The position numbers were made by a program, and so were the translations under genes. The notes beneath the pieces were generated by a model, which saw nothing but the letters and a program-made list of their open reading frames with translations, made no database searches and was not told where the DNA came from. 64,000 nt of DNA from Promethearchaeota archaeon (GTDB lineage Archaea > Asgardarchaeota > Lokiarchaeia > Sigyniarchaeales > SOKP01): NCBI GenBank assembly GCA_048938005.1, contig JBHLMQ010000013.1, positions 15,543 through 79,542 on the forward strand, in the 5' to 3' direction. Positions 29,518 through 40,328 of this stretch are shown here, one piece after another. How positions within the stretch are numbered: the first letter of the stretch is position 1; each line of letters begins with the position of its first letter.

Positions 29518-31575
29518 ATGATTAAAGCGGCTAGTGAATTCTCTAATTTTGACGTCTTCGCTATTGTTAAAGAATTAGATTCGATCCTGAATAATGGTAC
29601 AATTCTAAATATCTACGATATTGAAGATTTATTGATAATAAAAGTCAATACTAGTTTTGGAAAGAAAAATTTAATAATTAAGAAAGATTCTCGGATTAAT
29701 TTAACTGAATATGATTATCCTATTCCAAATTATCCCAGTCAATATATTAGATCTCTACGAAAATTATTAAAAAATCGAAGAATATTAAAAATTTCCCAAC
29801 ACCAATTTGATAGAATTATTATAATCGAATTAAGTAATAAAGATAACCAACCTTGGAAATTTGTTATAGAATTATTTAATAAGGGAAATTTCTTACTGTT
29901 AGATGAAAAAAATGTCATACAAATTGCCAAAAAATACAGAAAATTTAGAGATAGAGAACTTCTCGCAAAAAGAGAGTATATGTTTCCCAAATCTCAGGGA
30001 AGTAATTTTTTAACAATAAATAAAAAAGAATTTAAAGAATTATTTGAAAATTCAGATGTAGAAATTGTTCGAGATCTATCTAGAAAGATTCATATTTCTG
30101 GTTTATATAGTGAAGAAATATGTTATAGAGCAGATATTAATAAAAATGCTTACGGAAAGATCCTTAGTGTTGATGAATATCAACAATTATATGAATCTTT
30201 CAAAAATTTAAGAAATCAATTACTATTTGGTCATATTAATGCACAAATTGTGTTTGATCAAAACGGGAATCAACTTTCTGTACTTCCTTTTGAAATTGAT
30301 ATTCTAAAAAATTATGATAAAAAAAAATTTAATTCATTTAATAAAGCAGTTGATGAATATTTTTCAAAAATCGATTCTGATGCTCTGAAGAGTCCAAGTG
30401 ATCAAAAAATTGATGATCAAATAAAAACACAGGAGAAAATATTAAAAAATCAAAAAGAATACCTTGAAGAGCTGAAAAGTAAAAAAGAGAATTATTATAA
30501 AATTGGAGATCTAATATATACTAAACTAAATTCATTAGAAAAATTAAGATCTGTAATTTTAGAAGCAAAGGAAAAAAAGTATAAATGGGAAGAAATAAAT
30601 AAAGAATTAGAAAAAGCAAAAATGAAAAATCTAAATGGAACTGAATTATTCGTAAAAATTATTACTTCAACTAATCAACTCTTAATAAAAATCAATGGTA
30701 ACGAGGTTTATTTAGATTTAAAGAAAAGTGTTGGACAAAATGCTAATTCTATATATACTAAAGGAAAAAAAGCTGAAAAAAAAATAAGTGGAACAATTAT
30801 CGCAATTGCTAAAACTGAAGAAAATATTGATAGATTAAAACTTAAGAAAGAATCAATGGAAACCGAGGTTGATTTTTTAATAAAAAAGCCAAAGAAAAAA
30901 TGGTATGAGAAATTCAGATGGTTTATTTCTTCCGATGGATTTTTAGTTATTGGAGGTAGAGATGCTAGCTCGAATGAAATAATTTTTTCAAAATATTTAA
31001 AATCACATGACTTAGTTCTACATACCAATTTTCCAGGTTCACCCTTAACCATAATAAAGAATCTTGAAAATAAGAAAATTCCAGAAGGTACTATACAAGC
31101 AGCAGCTGATTTTGTTGCAAGTTACTCTAGAGCATGGAAAGAAAATTGGGGGATAGTTGATGTTTTTTATGTAATGCCTGAACAAGTATCTAAAAATCCC
31201 CCCTCAGGAGAATTTTTACCAAAAGGATCATTTATGATATCTGGTAAGAAAAATTTTATTAAAAATGCAAAAACAGAACTTGCAATAGGTTTGAATTTAA
31301 TAGAAATAGAAAATGAAAGTATTAATGGCGTTAAAGTCAACTATCCTAAAATAATTTGTGGTCCTAAACGAGTAATAGAAAATCAATCTGAAAAGATATT
31401 GATAATAAAACCATCGAAAAAGGGATTAAGCAAAGGGAAATTAGCTAAAGAAATAAAAACCTATTTCCTCAAAAATACAGATAGGGAATTAAAGAAATGG
31501 GTGAAATTATTATCTCTTGATGAGATTATTTTATTCCTTCCCAATGGGTTTTCTAAAATTGAACTACCCAATTAA
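29518..31575 (+). CDS. rqcH: Ribosome quality-control factor RqcH/NEMF (NFACT family)
   Basis: SNFDV, FDRII...ELF..GN, KWYEKFRWFISSDG...GGRDASSNE, SGEFLPKGSFMISGK. Confidence 0.93.
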   Translation: MIKAASEFSNFDVFAIVKELDSILNNGTILNIYDIEDLLIIKVNTSFGKKNLIIKKDSRINLTEYDYPIPNYPSQYIRSLRKLLKNRRILKISQHQFDRIIIIELSNKDNQPWKFVIELFNKGNFLLLDEKNVIQIAKKYRKFRDRELLAKREYMFPKSQGSNFLTINKKEFKELFENSDVEIVRDLSRKIHISGLYSEEICYRADINKNAYGKILSVDEYQQLYESFKNLRNQLLFGHINAQIVFDQNGNQLSVLPFEIDILKNYDKKKFNSFNKAVDEYFSKIDSDALKSPSDQKIDDQIKTQEKILKNQKEYLEELKSKKENYYKIGDLIYTKLNSLEKLRSVILEAKEKKYKWEEINKELEKAKMKNLNGTELFVKIITSTNQLLIKINGNEVYLDLKKSVGQNANSIYTKGKKAEKKISGTIIAIAKTEENIDRLKLKKESMETEVDFLIKKPKKKWYEKFRWFISSDGFLVIGGRDASSNEIIFSKYLKSHDLVLHTNFPGSPLTIIKNLENKKIPEGTIQAAADFVASYSRAWKENWGIVDVFYVMPEQVSKNPPSGEFLPKGSFMISGKKNFIKNAKTELAIGLNLIEIENESINGVKVNYPKIICGPKRVIENQSEKILIIKPSKKGLSKGKLAKEIKTYFLKNTDRELKKWVKLLSLDEIILFLPNGFSKIELPN

Positions 31576-32315
31576 TTTTTACTCAATATCTTTTTTATTT
31601 TGGGAATATTTTTATGATTATCAAATAGTATTCCATCAATCTGTAATTGGATGAGGCTTTTTATCTTTTCAATTGGGTTCTCATAATCAATAAAATCCCA
31701 TGAAAGGGCAAACACATCATTTTTATGACAGATTTCTATGAACTCTTTAGTAATTAAGTTTGATCTTAAGCTGATCATGTCGATTTTAAAAGGGAGGCTT
31801 TTTCGGCGCCCTAATTTAAGAAAATCTACTAATTTTAATCCAATTCCTTTTGTTATGTTATAACATATTTTACTTTCAGGAAATCTTTTTTTCATCTCTT
31901 TTAAATCATCTAGTCGCCGACAACTAAAAATACATTCATTTATTAACTTTTTTTTTTTAACGAAATTACAAATATCTTCTCTTACATTCGTTCCTTTTAA
32001 TTCTATCATGAATTTTACTCTACCTATAAACCTTTCTAGTACATCTGATAAGCTTGGTATTTGTTCTTTTTTAATTCTTGTTTTAAAATTTCTAATTTCT
32101 GCAAAAGAACAATCTTTCACTAAACCATGACCATTTGTAGTTCTGTCTAATGATGAATCATGTAAAATAATAAGCTGTCTATCTTTAGTTCTATGAATAT
32201 CGAATTCTATATATTCTGCACCAAAATTTACAGCCTCTTCAAATGCACCAATTGTATTTTCATCAAAATTAGTTCTAGTCCCTCTATGTCCAATATAAAA
32301 AAATTCTGGGCTCAT
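31572..32315 (-). CDS. Glycerophosphodiester phosphodiesterase
   Basis: GHRG...ENT..AF...IEFDIHRTKD...HD..LDRTT, IELK. Confidence 0.92.
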   Translation of the reverse strand: MSPEFFYIGHRGTRTNFDENTIGAFEEAVNFGAEYIEFDIHRTKDRQLIILHDSSLDRTTNGHGLVKDCSFAEIRNFKTRIKKEQIPSLSDVLERFIGRVKFMIELKGTNVREDICNFVKKKKLINECIFSCRRLDDLKEMKKRFPESKICYNITKGIGLKLVDFLKLGRRKSLPFKIDMISLRSNLITKEFIEICHKNDVFALSWDFIDYENPIEKIKSLIQLQIDGILFDNHKNIPKIKKILSKN

Positions 32316-32339
32316 TTCAAAATTATAATAGATTCTCTT

Positions 32340-32756
32340 TTACAGCTCTTGAACAATATATAAGTAGATTAAAATGATAATAAGTCCCAAAAGAGTAAAA
32401 ATAAAAACCCAAGGATTTAGGATTGTTTGCCCTATTGAAAAGCCAATAAGTAAAAATAATTCTTTCCAATCTAATGGTTTGCCAATTAATTCTTTATAAT
32501 TAGCGAGACTCGTAATCATAAACAAAAAAAACAAAAGGATCACGATTACTTTAACTAACACATCAAAAAATGCCCATAACATACTCTGATTCAAAAAAAT
32601 AGTTATTATTTCAAGATTAAATAAGAGTGAAATTATATAAAAAACACCTCCTAAAATAGCAGATATTATTACCGATCTATAGGCAAATTTTTCATCGGAT
32701 CTATATTTCTTCCTCTTTTTTAGCTCCTTTTCTGGTTCTTTCGGAAATTTTGACAT
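32340..32756 (-). CDS. Hypothetical membrane protein
   Basis: Four hydrophobic segments. Confidence 0.7.
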   Translation of the reverse strand: MSKFPKEPEKELKKRKKYRSDEKFAYRSVIISAILGGVFYIISLLFNLEIITIFLNQSMLWAFFDVLVKVIVILLFFLFMITSLANYKELIGKPLDWKELFLLIGFSIGQTILNPWVFIFTLLGLIIILIYLYIVQEL

Positions 32757-32757
32757 T

Positions 32758-33567
32758 TTATCGCTTAATTCTTTCTATTTTTTCTTTTAATTTAAAAATT
32801 CTGTAAATATAAAACCCATAAAGAATTCCCAGAATACTAAAAATTATAATTGCCAGTACAAGGATAACTATATTCCAAAGTGGTGATTCTGTAGTAGGAA
32901 ATGATTTAATATTAATCAGTATTATTGTGCTTTTTATGATCCCACTTGGATAAACTGGCATTTTTCCGTAAGTAATGTTAAAAGAATAAGCGTTACCATA
33001 ATCTAATAAAACATCTTCCCCGTTTCCATTGCTGCTAGTAATTGGAATTGAAAATTCATAAATTGAGGAAATATCTTCTAATTTTGCTGCTCCATCACCA
33101 TTATAATTACTATCGTTTAAAAATATACTATTATTTATGTAATAATCGAGGTAATTAAATTCATTTTCCGAAATATTTGAAAATTGCAAAATTTTAGCAT
33201 CAATAAAGTCTTCTTTATTCTCTGAAGAGCTATTTGAAATTATAATGCCTACAAATTCAGTGGTATTATGATATTCATGTTCTAAATCAATTTGTACAGA
33301 GATATAAAGATTCGAATTATCTTGCATAACCCATAATTTAACAGGTAAACCTACAGGAGGAGAGCCACCTAAATTAATCTGAACTTTTGTAGCCTTATTC
33401 CATTCTTGAGAGGAAATATCAATATACCCATCAATTATTGGAGCTTCTCCAAACTCAGAATCAATTTCTTCAGTTGCGCCATAACTATCAGATATAAAAA
33501 GCCAGGAACTGATAGTAATGTTTATTATTATGATGCAGATTATTCCTTTAAGAAATATTTTTTTCAA
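32758..33567 (-). CDS. Secreted, C-terminally anchored protein with CBM9/DOMON-like domain
   Basis: Signal peptide; APIIDG...EW...DNSNLYISV...YEFSIP; C-terminal TM followed by basic tail. Confidence 0.65.
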   Translation of the reverse strand: MKKIFLKGIICIIIINITISSWLFISDSYGATEEIDSEFGEAPIIDGYIDISSQEWNKATKVQINLGGSPPVGLPVKLWVMQDNSNLYISVQIDLEHEYHNTTEFVGIIISNSSSENKEDFIDAKILQFSNISENEFNYLDYYINNSIFLNDSNYNGDGAAKLEDISSIYEFSIPITSSNGNGEDVLLDYGNAYSFNITYGKMPVYPSGIIKSTIILINIKSFPTTESPLWNIVILVLAIIIFSILGILYGFYIYRIFKLKEKIERIKR

Positions 33568-33766
33568 GATTATTAAGCCATATATTATATATTGTTCTAA
33601 TTTCTGTGCAATTCAATAATAAAATTGATAATTAAAATTTAATTTAATATTTTTCGCATCATCCTTGTTTTTTTCTAAATAGGCTGAACTTTAACATAAA
33701 ATTTAACTATTAAATATAAAAAAGAGAGATTCAATTATCTAATTAAAATAATTTGAAAATATTAAT

Positions 33767-34216
33767 TCAAGATTGATAATTAGGGAGAATTATTACACAA
33801 TTAAATTTATTTAAATATACAACAATATAGTTTATCAGACTTTTAATCTCACGTTTTGCTTCTGGCAAATTTTTGTTATTATAATCTGCAAATGGTTTTG
33901 GTCCTATCGCAATAAGAACTCCAGATAAATCTTTTTCTCTTTTAATGAATAACCAGAAAGGCATTTTTTTTTCATTATCTTTTACAATCATAAGCATCCA
34001 AGGATTTAATGTCCAGTCAACATTATCAGGCCCTATAACTTTTACTATTGCTTTTTGAGTATTATATTTTTTAGTCATACGTATTGCTTTAACAAGAGCA
34101 TTGAAGTAGCTTCTTTTTATCTTTAAATATCCGCCATAATATTTTTTAGCATCATATAATTCGAGTTCTTTTTCTATACCACCTGAAGATTCTAAAAAAA
34201 CTTTCCAAATATCCAT
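33767..34216 (-). CDS. Hypothetical protein
   Basis: 149-aa ORF in a tight operon with rnp2/rnp3. Confidence 0.7.
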   Translation of the reverse strand: MDIWKVFLESSGGIEKELELYDAKKYYGGYLKIKRSYFNALVKAIRMTKKYNTQKAIVKVIGPDNVDWTLNPWMLMIVKDNEKKMPFWLFIKREKDLSGVLIAIGPKPFADYNNKNLPEAKREIKSLINYIVVYLNKFNCVIILPNYQS

Positions 34217-34218
34217 AA

Positions 34219-34659
34219 TTAATTTTGTTTGCTTTTTTCTAGTTGAATTTCTTCTATTTTTATTTCTTTAAATATATTTTTAATCTTTTCTAATGATTCC
34301 TTTAAATCCTTACCTTTTATTTCAGCTAGACTTAAATTCAAATAACACTCATAAAAAAGCTGTTTTGTTATTAGTAGTACTCCTGATGTATGAATAACTT
34401 GAAAATTTTGGAGGACTTTGGATATCTTATCAAATATTTCATTGGAAAAATTAAATCCTGTAAATGTAATCTTTATTATTTTGTCATTTTTTATTGGATA
34501 AACTGATATTTTTATGGAGTTTTCTATTGTTGATTGAATTATTAAAAGAAATGGGTAATTCTCCATATTTTTGATGTCTAGCAATGAAATTTTTAAAATA
34601 GCTTCGGAAATATCATTAGTACGCTGAATATAAGCTTTTGTTAAATTATATACTTTCAT
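34219..34659 (-). CDS. Hypothetical protein, possible C-terminal ACT-like fold
   Basis: 146-aa ORF; VIHTSG...YECYL pattern. Confidence 0.6.
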   Translation of the reverse strand: MKVYNLTKAYIQRTNDISEAILKISLLDIKNMENYPFLLIIQSTIENSIKISVYPIKNDKIIKITFTGFNFSNEIFDKISKVLQNFQVIHTSGVLLITKQLFYECYLNLSLAEIKGKDLKESLEKIKNIFKEIKIEEIQLEKSKQN

Positions 34660-34665
34660 GTTCAG

Positions 34666-35037
34666 TTAAAAAATATTTTTTTCATCTAAATCTATCTTTT
34701 TTATTAGGTTCGTTTTTTTAATTGATCGTATAGTCCCAGAAGTTTTTATAGGTGAAAATATCACTCTAGTTCCATTAATTTCTTTCACAAGGCTCAATGC
34801 TGAAATTATTGTTTCTTTAGATTGGTGAGAGCATCTTATAATTCCATAATCTTCATCTAAATTAAGCTCTATTAACCATAATCCTATTTTATTTGCCCCC
34901 TTCATTCCAAAATAACGCCATATTGATTGCCAAATTGATTTTAAAATTGAACTTTGTGTAAGATTTATTTTACTTTCTTTAATTATTTTAAAATAGATAT
35001 ATCTTTGCCGTTCCTTTATTGGTATTTTAATCATCAC
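34666..35037 (-). CDS. rnp2: RNase P protein Pop5/Rpp14
   Basis: RQRYIYF, YFG..G, GIIRCSH, TSGTIRS; next to Rpp30. Confidence 0.92.
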   Translation of the reverse strand: MMIKIPIKERQRYIYFKIIKESKINLTQSSILKSIWQSIWRYFGMKGANKIGLWLIELNLDEDYGIIRCSHQSKETIISALSLVKEINGTRVIFSPIKTSGTIRSIKKTNLIKKIDLDEKNIF

Positions 35038-35746
35038 CTTTAATTAATCTAACTTCAGGTTCAAATTTATTATCACGACGTTTTTGAGTTTTTTCTAATA
35101 ATAACATTGGATTAATTTTAAAAATTTTTTTTGCTTTATCTAAAGAAATTTCTAAAAGAGAATGACAAATGCTTATTAAAGCTCTTGGATGCCTAAAGTT
35201 ATACATATCGTCAAAATTTCCACTTATAATACAATTAGCTTTTAATTTTAGGGCTAATTGCATTGATCTATAAAGATTTCTAAAACTTTTTGACTGATTT
35301 ACCTTGCTTTTTCCTATAATCGGAGCTAATGAAAATTCTATAAATGAATTATTTTGTTTAGTTAGTGAAATTACTCCTGGAGTAAGTGTCTTTATTATTT
35401 CTGGATCAGAAAAAGAAACAATATCCACTCTTGAATCTCTTGCTGCATATAATTGAACTTCTTTGTTTAATGACTCAATTGAAAGAATTTCCGAAAAATT
35501 ATTAAAATGTTTTATCTTTTTTTTAAAATCTTCAGGATTATTTAATCTTAAATTAATTCGATAGAAAATATTTATTTTCGTCTCTTTTTCTATTTTCTCC
35601 TTTATATTTGATGGTATTGAGAGTTGATTACCTCTAGGTTCTAAAACTACATTTTTTATCCCTAATTTTTCACAAAATTTTAATTTTTTTTGAATCTCGT
35701 TAAAATCATCAAAATTTACTAATAGCCGTGATTCAAAATATGACAA
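35027..35746 (-). CDS. rnp3: RNase P protein Rpp30
   Basis: AARDSRVDIV, IEFSL, ISG...RHPR; overlaps the pop5 start. Confidence 0.88.
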   Translation of the reverse strand: MSYFESRLLVNFDDFNEIQKKLKFCEKLGIKNVVLEPRGNQLSIPSNIKEKIEKETKINIFYRINLRLNNPEDFKKKIKHFNNFSEILSIESLNKEVQLYAARDSRVDIVSFSDPEIIKTLTPGVISLTKQNNSFIEFSLAPIIGKSKVNQSKSFRNLYRSMQLALKLKANCIISGNFDDMYNFRHPRALISICHSLLEISLDKAKKIFKINPMLLLEKTQKRRDNKFEPEVRLIKGDD

Positions 35747-35872
35747 AAATAATATAACCTCAAATGAAATGCTTGACTCTTTATAATAATGTTAAGAATG
35801 GTAAAAATAAAAAAATTTTATTGTAAATAAATATTTAAATTTTTAGTTTTTGAAATTAAGTGAGGATTTTTA

Positions 35873-37162
35873 GTGGTTAAAAAAAGAACTCATTCAGAAA
35901 TAAGAAAAAAGATTGAAAATGGCTCTGCAGTTATATTTACTGTTCAAGAATTAATAGATTATATCAGTGAAGGTAAGAAAATTAAATTTGAAGATGTTGA
36001 TATTATCACAACAGCAACTAAAGGTCTCATGAGCGGAATTATGGGAATCTTCTCGTTTCGACTCTCACCTCCAAAAACATTGAGAAAATTTACTGAAGTA
36101 AGTGTCAATGGAATTCCCGCTTTTCCAGGACCATGCCCTAATGAATATTTGGGTATAGTAGATTTAATCATTTATGGCACTACACAGAGTAAAACAATAG
36201 ATAATTATTGCGGTGGTTCTCTTTTTAGAGAAATTGTAGAAGGAAAAATTATAAAAATTACAGCTAAGAGTGCTGAGGGTGAAACTATTGAAAAAAAAAT
36301 GAAACTTGAAGATATGCAATTCGCTAAACTAGCAGGGACAAGACAAGCTATTAAAAATTATAATGCAATGATCAATTGCGAGCCATATAAGGTTGAAACT
36401 ATCTTTTCTTGTCTTCCTTTTAATGAAAACAAATCCCAAATCACATTTTCTGGATGTGGAGCATTAAATCCATTTCAAAATGATCCTGAATTTGAATCAT
36501 TTGGTGTTGGATCTCCTGTTCTTGTAAATGGGGCAATAGGGTATCTCATGGGCCCTGGAACTCGTAATTATATCGAAAAGCCAAATATGATGACTATTGC
36601 GCAATTTAAGGGAATGAAACCAGAATATATGGGAGCGTTTAAAACTTCTTATGGATTAGAACCTATCTGTAGCTTGGCACTCCCAATTCCTATTTTAAAT
36701 GAAAGAATTTTTAATAATATAGTGAAATCTGATAAAGAAGTTAAACTTTCAATATTAAGTCTCGTAGGTCGTGAAAAGGTAGGGGAAATTACTTATGGTG
36801 ATGTATGGGATAATAATTTCCTTATGAAGTTTAATCCTGATGCTTGTAAAAATTGCATAGAATGTAAAGCTATTGATAAATGTCCTACAAATGCTTTTAT
36901 TTTAAAAAATGGAGCGATTACAGCTATAGATCGATCTCGCTGCTTTAATTGTGGTAATTGTACTCATTTATGTCCAGAGGCCTTTATATTAGAGTTAAAG
37001 ACAATTAAATTCGAGGGTAATGATATTCCAATAGTTTTAAGACAATCTGATAGACATGGTGCCATATTATTAGCTGAACAGTTGAAATCTATGATTCTTA
37101 AAGGAGATTTTCCCATAAAAAAACCGATTAATAAATTACAGTTCGCAAAAACGGTAAAATAG
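35873..37162 (+). CDS. DUF39 / methanogenesis marker 16-like metalloprotein with ferredoxin domain
   Basis: DVDIITTATKGLMSG, GPCPNE.LG.VD, SGCG.LNP.QNDP, CxxCxxC...CP and CFNCGNC...CP. Confidence 0.85.
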   Translation: MVKKRTHSEIRKKIENGSAVIFTVQELIDYISEGKKIKFEDVDIITTATKGLMSGIMGIFSFRLSPPKTLRKFTEVSVNGIPAFPGPCPNEYLGIVDLIIYGTTQSKTIDNYCGGSLFREIVEGKIIKITAKSAEGETIEKKMKLEDMQFAKLAGTRQAIKNYNAMINCEPYKVETIFSCLPFNENKSQITFSGCGALNPFQNDPEFESFGVGSPVLVNGAIGYLMGPGTRNYIEKPNMMTIAQFKGMKPEYMGAFKTSYGLEPICSLALPIPILNERIFNNIVKSDKEVKLSILSLVGREKVGEITYGDVWDNNFLMKFNPDACKNCIECKAIDKCPTNAFILKNGAITAIDRSRCFNCGNCTHLCPEAFILELKTIKFEGNDIPIVLRQSDRHGAILLAEQLKSMILKGDFPIKKPINKLQFAKTVK

Positions 37163-37179
37163 TAATTAATACAGTAATT

Positions 37180-37623
37180 ATGGTAGAATCTAAATTATCT
37201 AAATTTGATCAAATTGACCTCTTAGTAAGAGATCTTGAGAAAACGGCAAAATCTTGTAATACTTTACTAGATTTTAATGGAAAAATCAATATTGTTGTAC
37301 AGATTAATACGGTTTTTTATAAAGAAAAAGAAGCTACATTTAAGATGAAAAAAATTAGGCAATATTTTGGCGGGAAACAGTTTGAAATTATTGAATTATT
37401 AGAATCCACGGGTGATCATCTATATTCAGAATTTCTTAAAGAAGGGAAGGAACGTATTCACCACTTAGGAATATATACTAAAAAGGCAAATGAGTTAATC
37501 GAATATTTTAAAAATGAATAATATATTGAAGTTATTCAAACTGGAAAATACGAGAAAGTAAAATTCAATTATTTAGATACCATTGAATCTCTTGAATTTT
37601 TTGTAGAATTGATCTCTTTCTAA
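37180..37623 (+). pseudogene. VOC/glyoxalase (methylmalonyl-CoA epimerase-like) gene with an in-frame TAA
   Basis: After TAA 37519-37521 the frame continues YIEVIQTGKYEKVKFNYLDTIESLEFFVELISF*, which is the expected VOC C-terminus. Confidence 0.75.
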
Positions 37624-37694
37624 TAGTTCCTCTTTTTGTTTACATTTTTGGTGTTTTACTAAGCTTTATTTTTTATTTTTAATAACTATATTAT

Positions 37695-39431
37695 ATGTCT
37701 AAACAAACCTTCAATGGTGGAGATTTAGTTGTTAAATGCCTTCTGAAGGAAGGGATTACAAAAATTTTTGGTATTATTGGCGGGGAATTATCGAGAATAT
37801 ATGACGCTATAGAAAGATGGGGACGTGAAAAAGGTATTGATACTGTAATGGTTCGTCATGAACAAGCAGCAGGGCATATGGCAGACGCATGGGCAAGGGC
37901 AACTGGGGAGATTGGAGTGTGTATGGGTACTGTTGGACCAGGGGTTACTCATCTTGTACCTGCTGTATCAGCAGCTAATGCAGATTCAATTCCAATGCTG
38001 GTAATTGGTGCACAAATCGGTCGTATGTTTGAAGATACTGGAATATTACAAGGAGGACTTGATCAAATGGCTTTAATGAAACCTATTACAAAATTCCAGG
38101 TTTCAGTTGAAGAACCATATGAGATACCACATGCTGTACAAAAATGCATCAAAATCGCCATGTCTGGAAGGAGAGGTCCAGTTTTTCTTGAGTTAAGGGA
38201 AACTGCATTAGTAAGGGATGCCAATGAAGAGGATGTAAATAAAATTCTAGCACCAGATAAATATCGAGCTAAATTTCGACCTGCTGGTAATCCAGAAGTA
38301 ATTAAAAAAGCTGTTGAAGTTTTAAAGAAAGCAAAAAGACCAATAATCGTAGCAGGAGGGGGCGTAATTGCCTCAGAAGCACATGAGGATTTACAGAAAT
38401 TATCTGAAACGTATATAATCCCCACAGGAACATCTTTTAATGGTGTAGGGACAATTGGAAGAGATCAAAAAACATTTATTGGCTCAAAACTGACTTCTAG
38501 TACATATAGAAGTGCTGCATCTGAAGCAGATGTCGTTTTGTCCCTTGGTTGCTCATGGAATTATACATTACTTTATGGTACGGCACCATTCTGGAATCAA
38601 AATCAAAAAATAATTCAAGTAGATATTGATTCAAAAGAAATTGGCAAAAATAGACCTGTTGAAATTGGGATTATCGGAGATGTAAAAGCAGTTATCCAAC
38701 AACTTTTGAAAGAGATGGAAGGAATGTTTCCTAAAGAAAAAATTAAAGAATGGTCTGAATGGAATGATTACTTACAAGATCTGAGAAAAATTGATGAGTT
38801 ACAAATTCAGAAACTATTAAAATATGAAAAATTACCTATGAAACCTCATAGATTAGTATTTGAAGTGTTAGATTTTATTCCTTCTGATACTCAGTTAGTA
38901 ATTGATGGAGGGGATATATTCGTATTCACAATGGATCTAATTAATCAAAAAAGTCGTTCTCCAAGAAGCTTTTTCCGTTCTGTCTCAATGGGACATTTAG
39001 GAACAGGAGTACCTTATGCTAATGGTGTTAAAATGGCAAAACCCGATAAGCTTATAGTATGTATAACTGGAGATGGTAGCTTTATGTTTACAATTCAAGA
39101 ATTAGAAACTGCTGTAAGATTAAATCTTCCTATAATTGTAGTAATTGCCAACAATTGTGCTTGGGGTATGATTAAGAGTTATCAAAAAAATAATCTCCAA
39201 AAAAGGTTCTGCGATGTTGATTTTCCACCTATTAATTATGCTGAAATCGCCAAAGGATTTGGATGTTATGCTGAGAAAATATCGAAACCAGAAGATATCA
39301 AACCTGCTTTACAACGAGCAATAGATTCTAAAAAACCAGCAGTTTTAGATGTAAATATTGCTTTTGAAACACCCCCTGCAATGAAGTTCCTTGGTCTCTA
39401 TAAGAAAAATAAAGGATTGTTTGGAAATTGA
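37695..39431 (+). CDS. ThDP-dependent enzyme (acetolactate synthase-like / IlvB family)
   Basis: VRHEQAAGHMADA, GPG, GPV, GDGS...NN ThDP motif. Confidence 0.9.
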   Translation: MSKQTFNGGDLVVKCLLKEGITKIFGIIGGELSRIYDAIERWGREKGIDTVMVRHEQAAGHMADAWARATGEIGVCMGTVGPGVTHLVPAVSAANADSIPMLVIGAQIGRMFEDTGILQGGLDQMALMKPITKFQVSVEEPYEIPHAVQKCIKIAMSGRRGPVFLELRETALVRDANEEDVNKILAPDKYRAKFRPAGNPEVIKKAVEVLKKAKRPIIVAGGGVIASEAHEDLQKLSETYIIPTGTSFNGVGTIGRDQKTFIGSKLTSSTYRSAASEADVVLSLGCSWNYTLLYGTAPFWNQNQKIIQVDIDSKEIGKNRPVEIGIIGDVKAVIQQLLKEMEGMFPKEKIKEWSEWNDYLQDLRKIDELQIQKLLKYEKLPMKPHRLVFEVLDFIPSDTQLVIDGGDIFVFTMDLINQKSRSPRSFFRSVSMGHLGTGVPYANGVKMAKPDKLIVCITGDGSFMFTIQELETAVRLNLPIIVVIANNCAWGMIKSYQKNNLQKRFCDVDFPPINYAEIAKGFGCYAEKISKPEDIKPALQRAIDSKKPAVLDVNIAFETPPAMKFLGLYKKNKGLFGN

Positions 39432-39434
39432 ATA

Positions 39435-40274
39435 TTGATTTTTTATAATTTATTTATTAAATTTAAGGGAATAAATATGAATAACGACAAATTTTTAGCC
39501 GGAAAAATAGCCCTAGTTACAGGGGCTGGAAGTGGATTTGGTCGTGAAATGGCAATTGCTTTTGCAGGCAAAGGTGCCAATTTAGTACTAAATGATATAA
39601 ACATTGAAAGCATCGAAGAAACGAAAGATATCATTTTAAGATCATACAAAGTAGATACTCTGCCTGTAAAAGCAGATATTTCTGATTTTAACCAAGTTAA
39701 AGAGATGAGAAAAAAAGTTTTTGAAAAATTCGATAATATTTTTATATTAGTTAATAATGCAGGTGTAAGATTAGGAACATTTTCACTTGTTACAAAAGAA
39801 GAGGACTATAATAAAATCATGGATGTAAATGTTAAAGGTGCTTGGAATGTAACAAAAGCATTTTATAGAAGAATGAGTAAACAGGATTTCAAACCTATTG
39901 CAGGAAAAATTATTAACATAGCATCATGTGCAGGTACTGAATGTGGCGCTAATCCATATATCGGGATATATAGTGTAAGTAAGGCAGCGCTTATTAGTTT
40001 TACAAAACTTTGGGCTCTGGAACTCGGATCGAGTAATATTACAGTAAATGCAATATGTCCAGGATTATTTTTAACACCTATGTACAAAAATAACCCAGAA
40101 TTCATTCGAGAGTTTATGAAAAGAAGAAATATTAAACTTCCAATAAACAGGATTGGTGAATCTAAACAAGTAGCTGATGTCGCTCTATTTTTAGCTTCAC
40201 CTGCTTCAGATTATATTACTGGCCAGAATATCATTTTAGATGGCGGGATGACAGTTTCAGTAAACACATTATAG
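39435..40274 (+). CDS. SDR family oxidoreductase (likely start ATG 39477)
   Basis: TGAGSGFG, NNAG, YSVSK, VNAICPG, DGG. Confidence 0.92.
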   Translation: MIFYNLFIKFKGINMNNDKFLAGKIALVTGAGSGFGREMAIAFAGKGANLVLNDINIESIEETKDIILRSYKVDTLPVKADISDFNQVKEMRKKVFEKFDNIFILVNNAGVRLGTFSLVTKEEDYNKIMDVNVKGAWNVTKAFYRRMSKQDFKPIAGKIINIASCAGTECGANPYIGIYSVSKAALISFTKLWALELGSSNITVNAICPGLFLTPMYKNNPEFIREFMKRRNIKLPINRIGESKQVADVALFLASPASDYITGQNIILDGGMTVSVNTL

Positions 40275-40328
40275 AATATAAGAATTAATTAAGAATTTGA
40301 TTTATTTGGTCAAAATCATATAATACTG

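Noticed and set aside
37519-37521. Possible selenocysteine or pyrrolysine readthrough in the VOC gene
   Set aside because: The stop is TAA, not TGA or TAG, and the gene shows other signs of decay.
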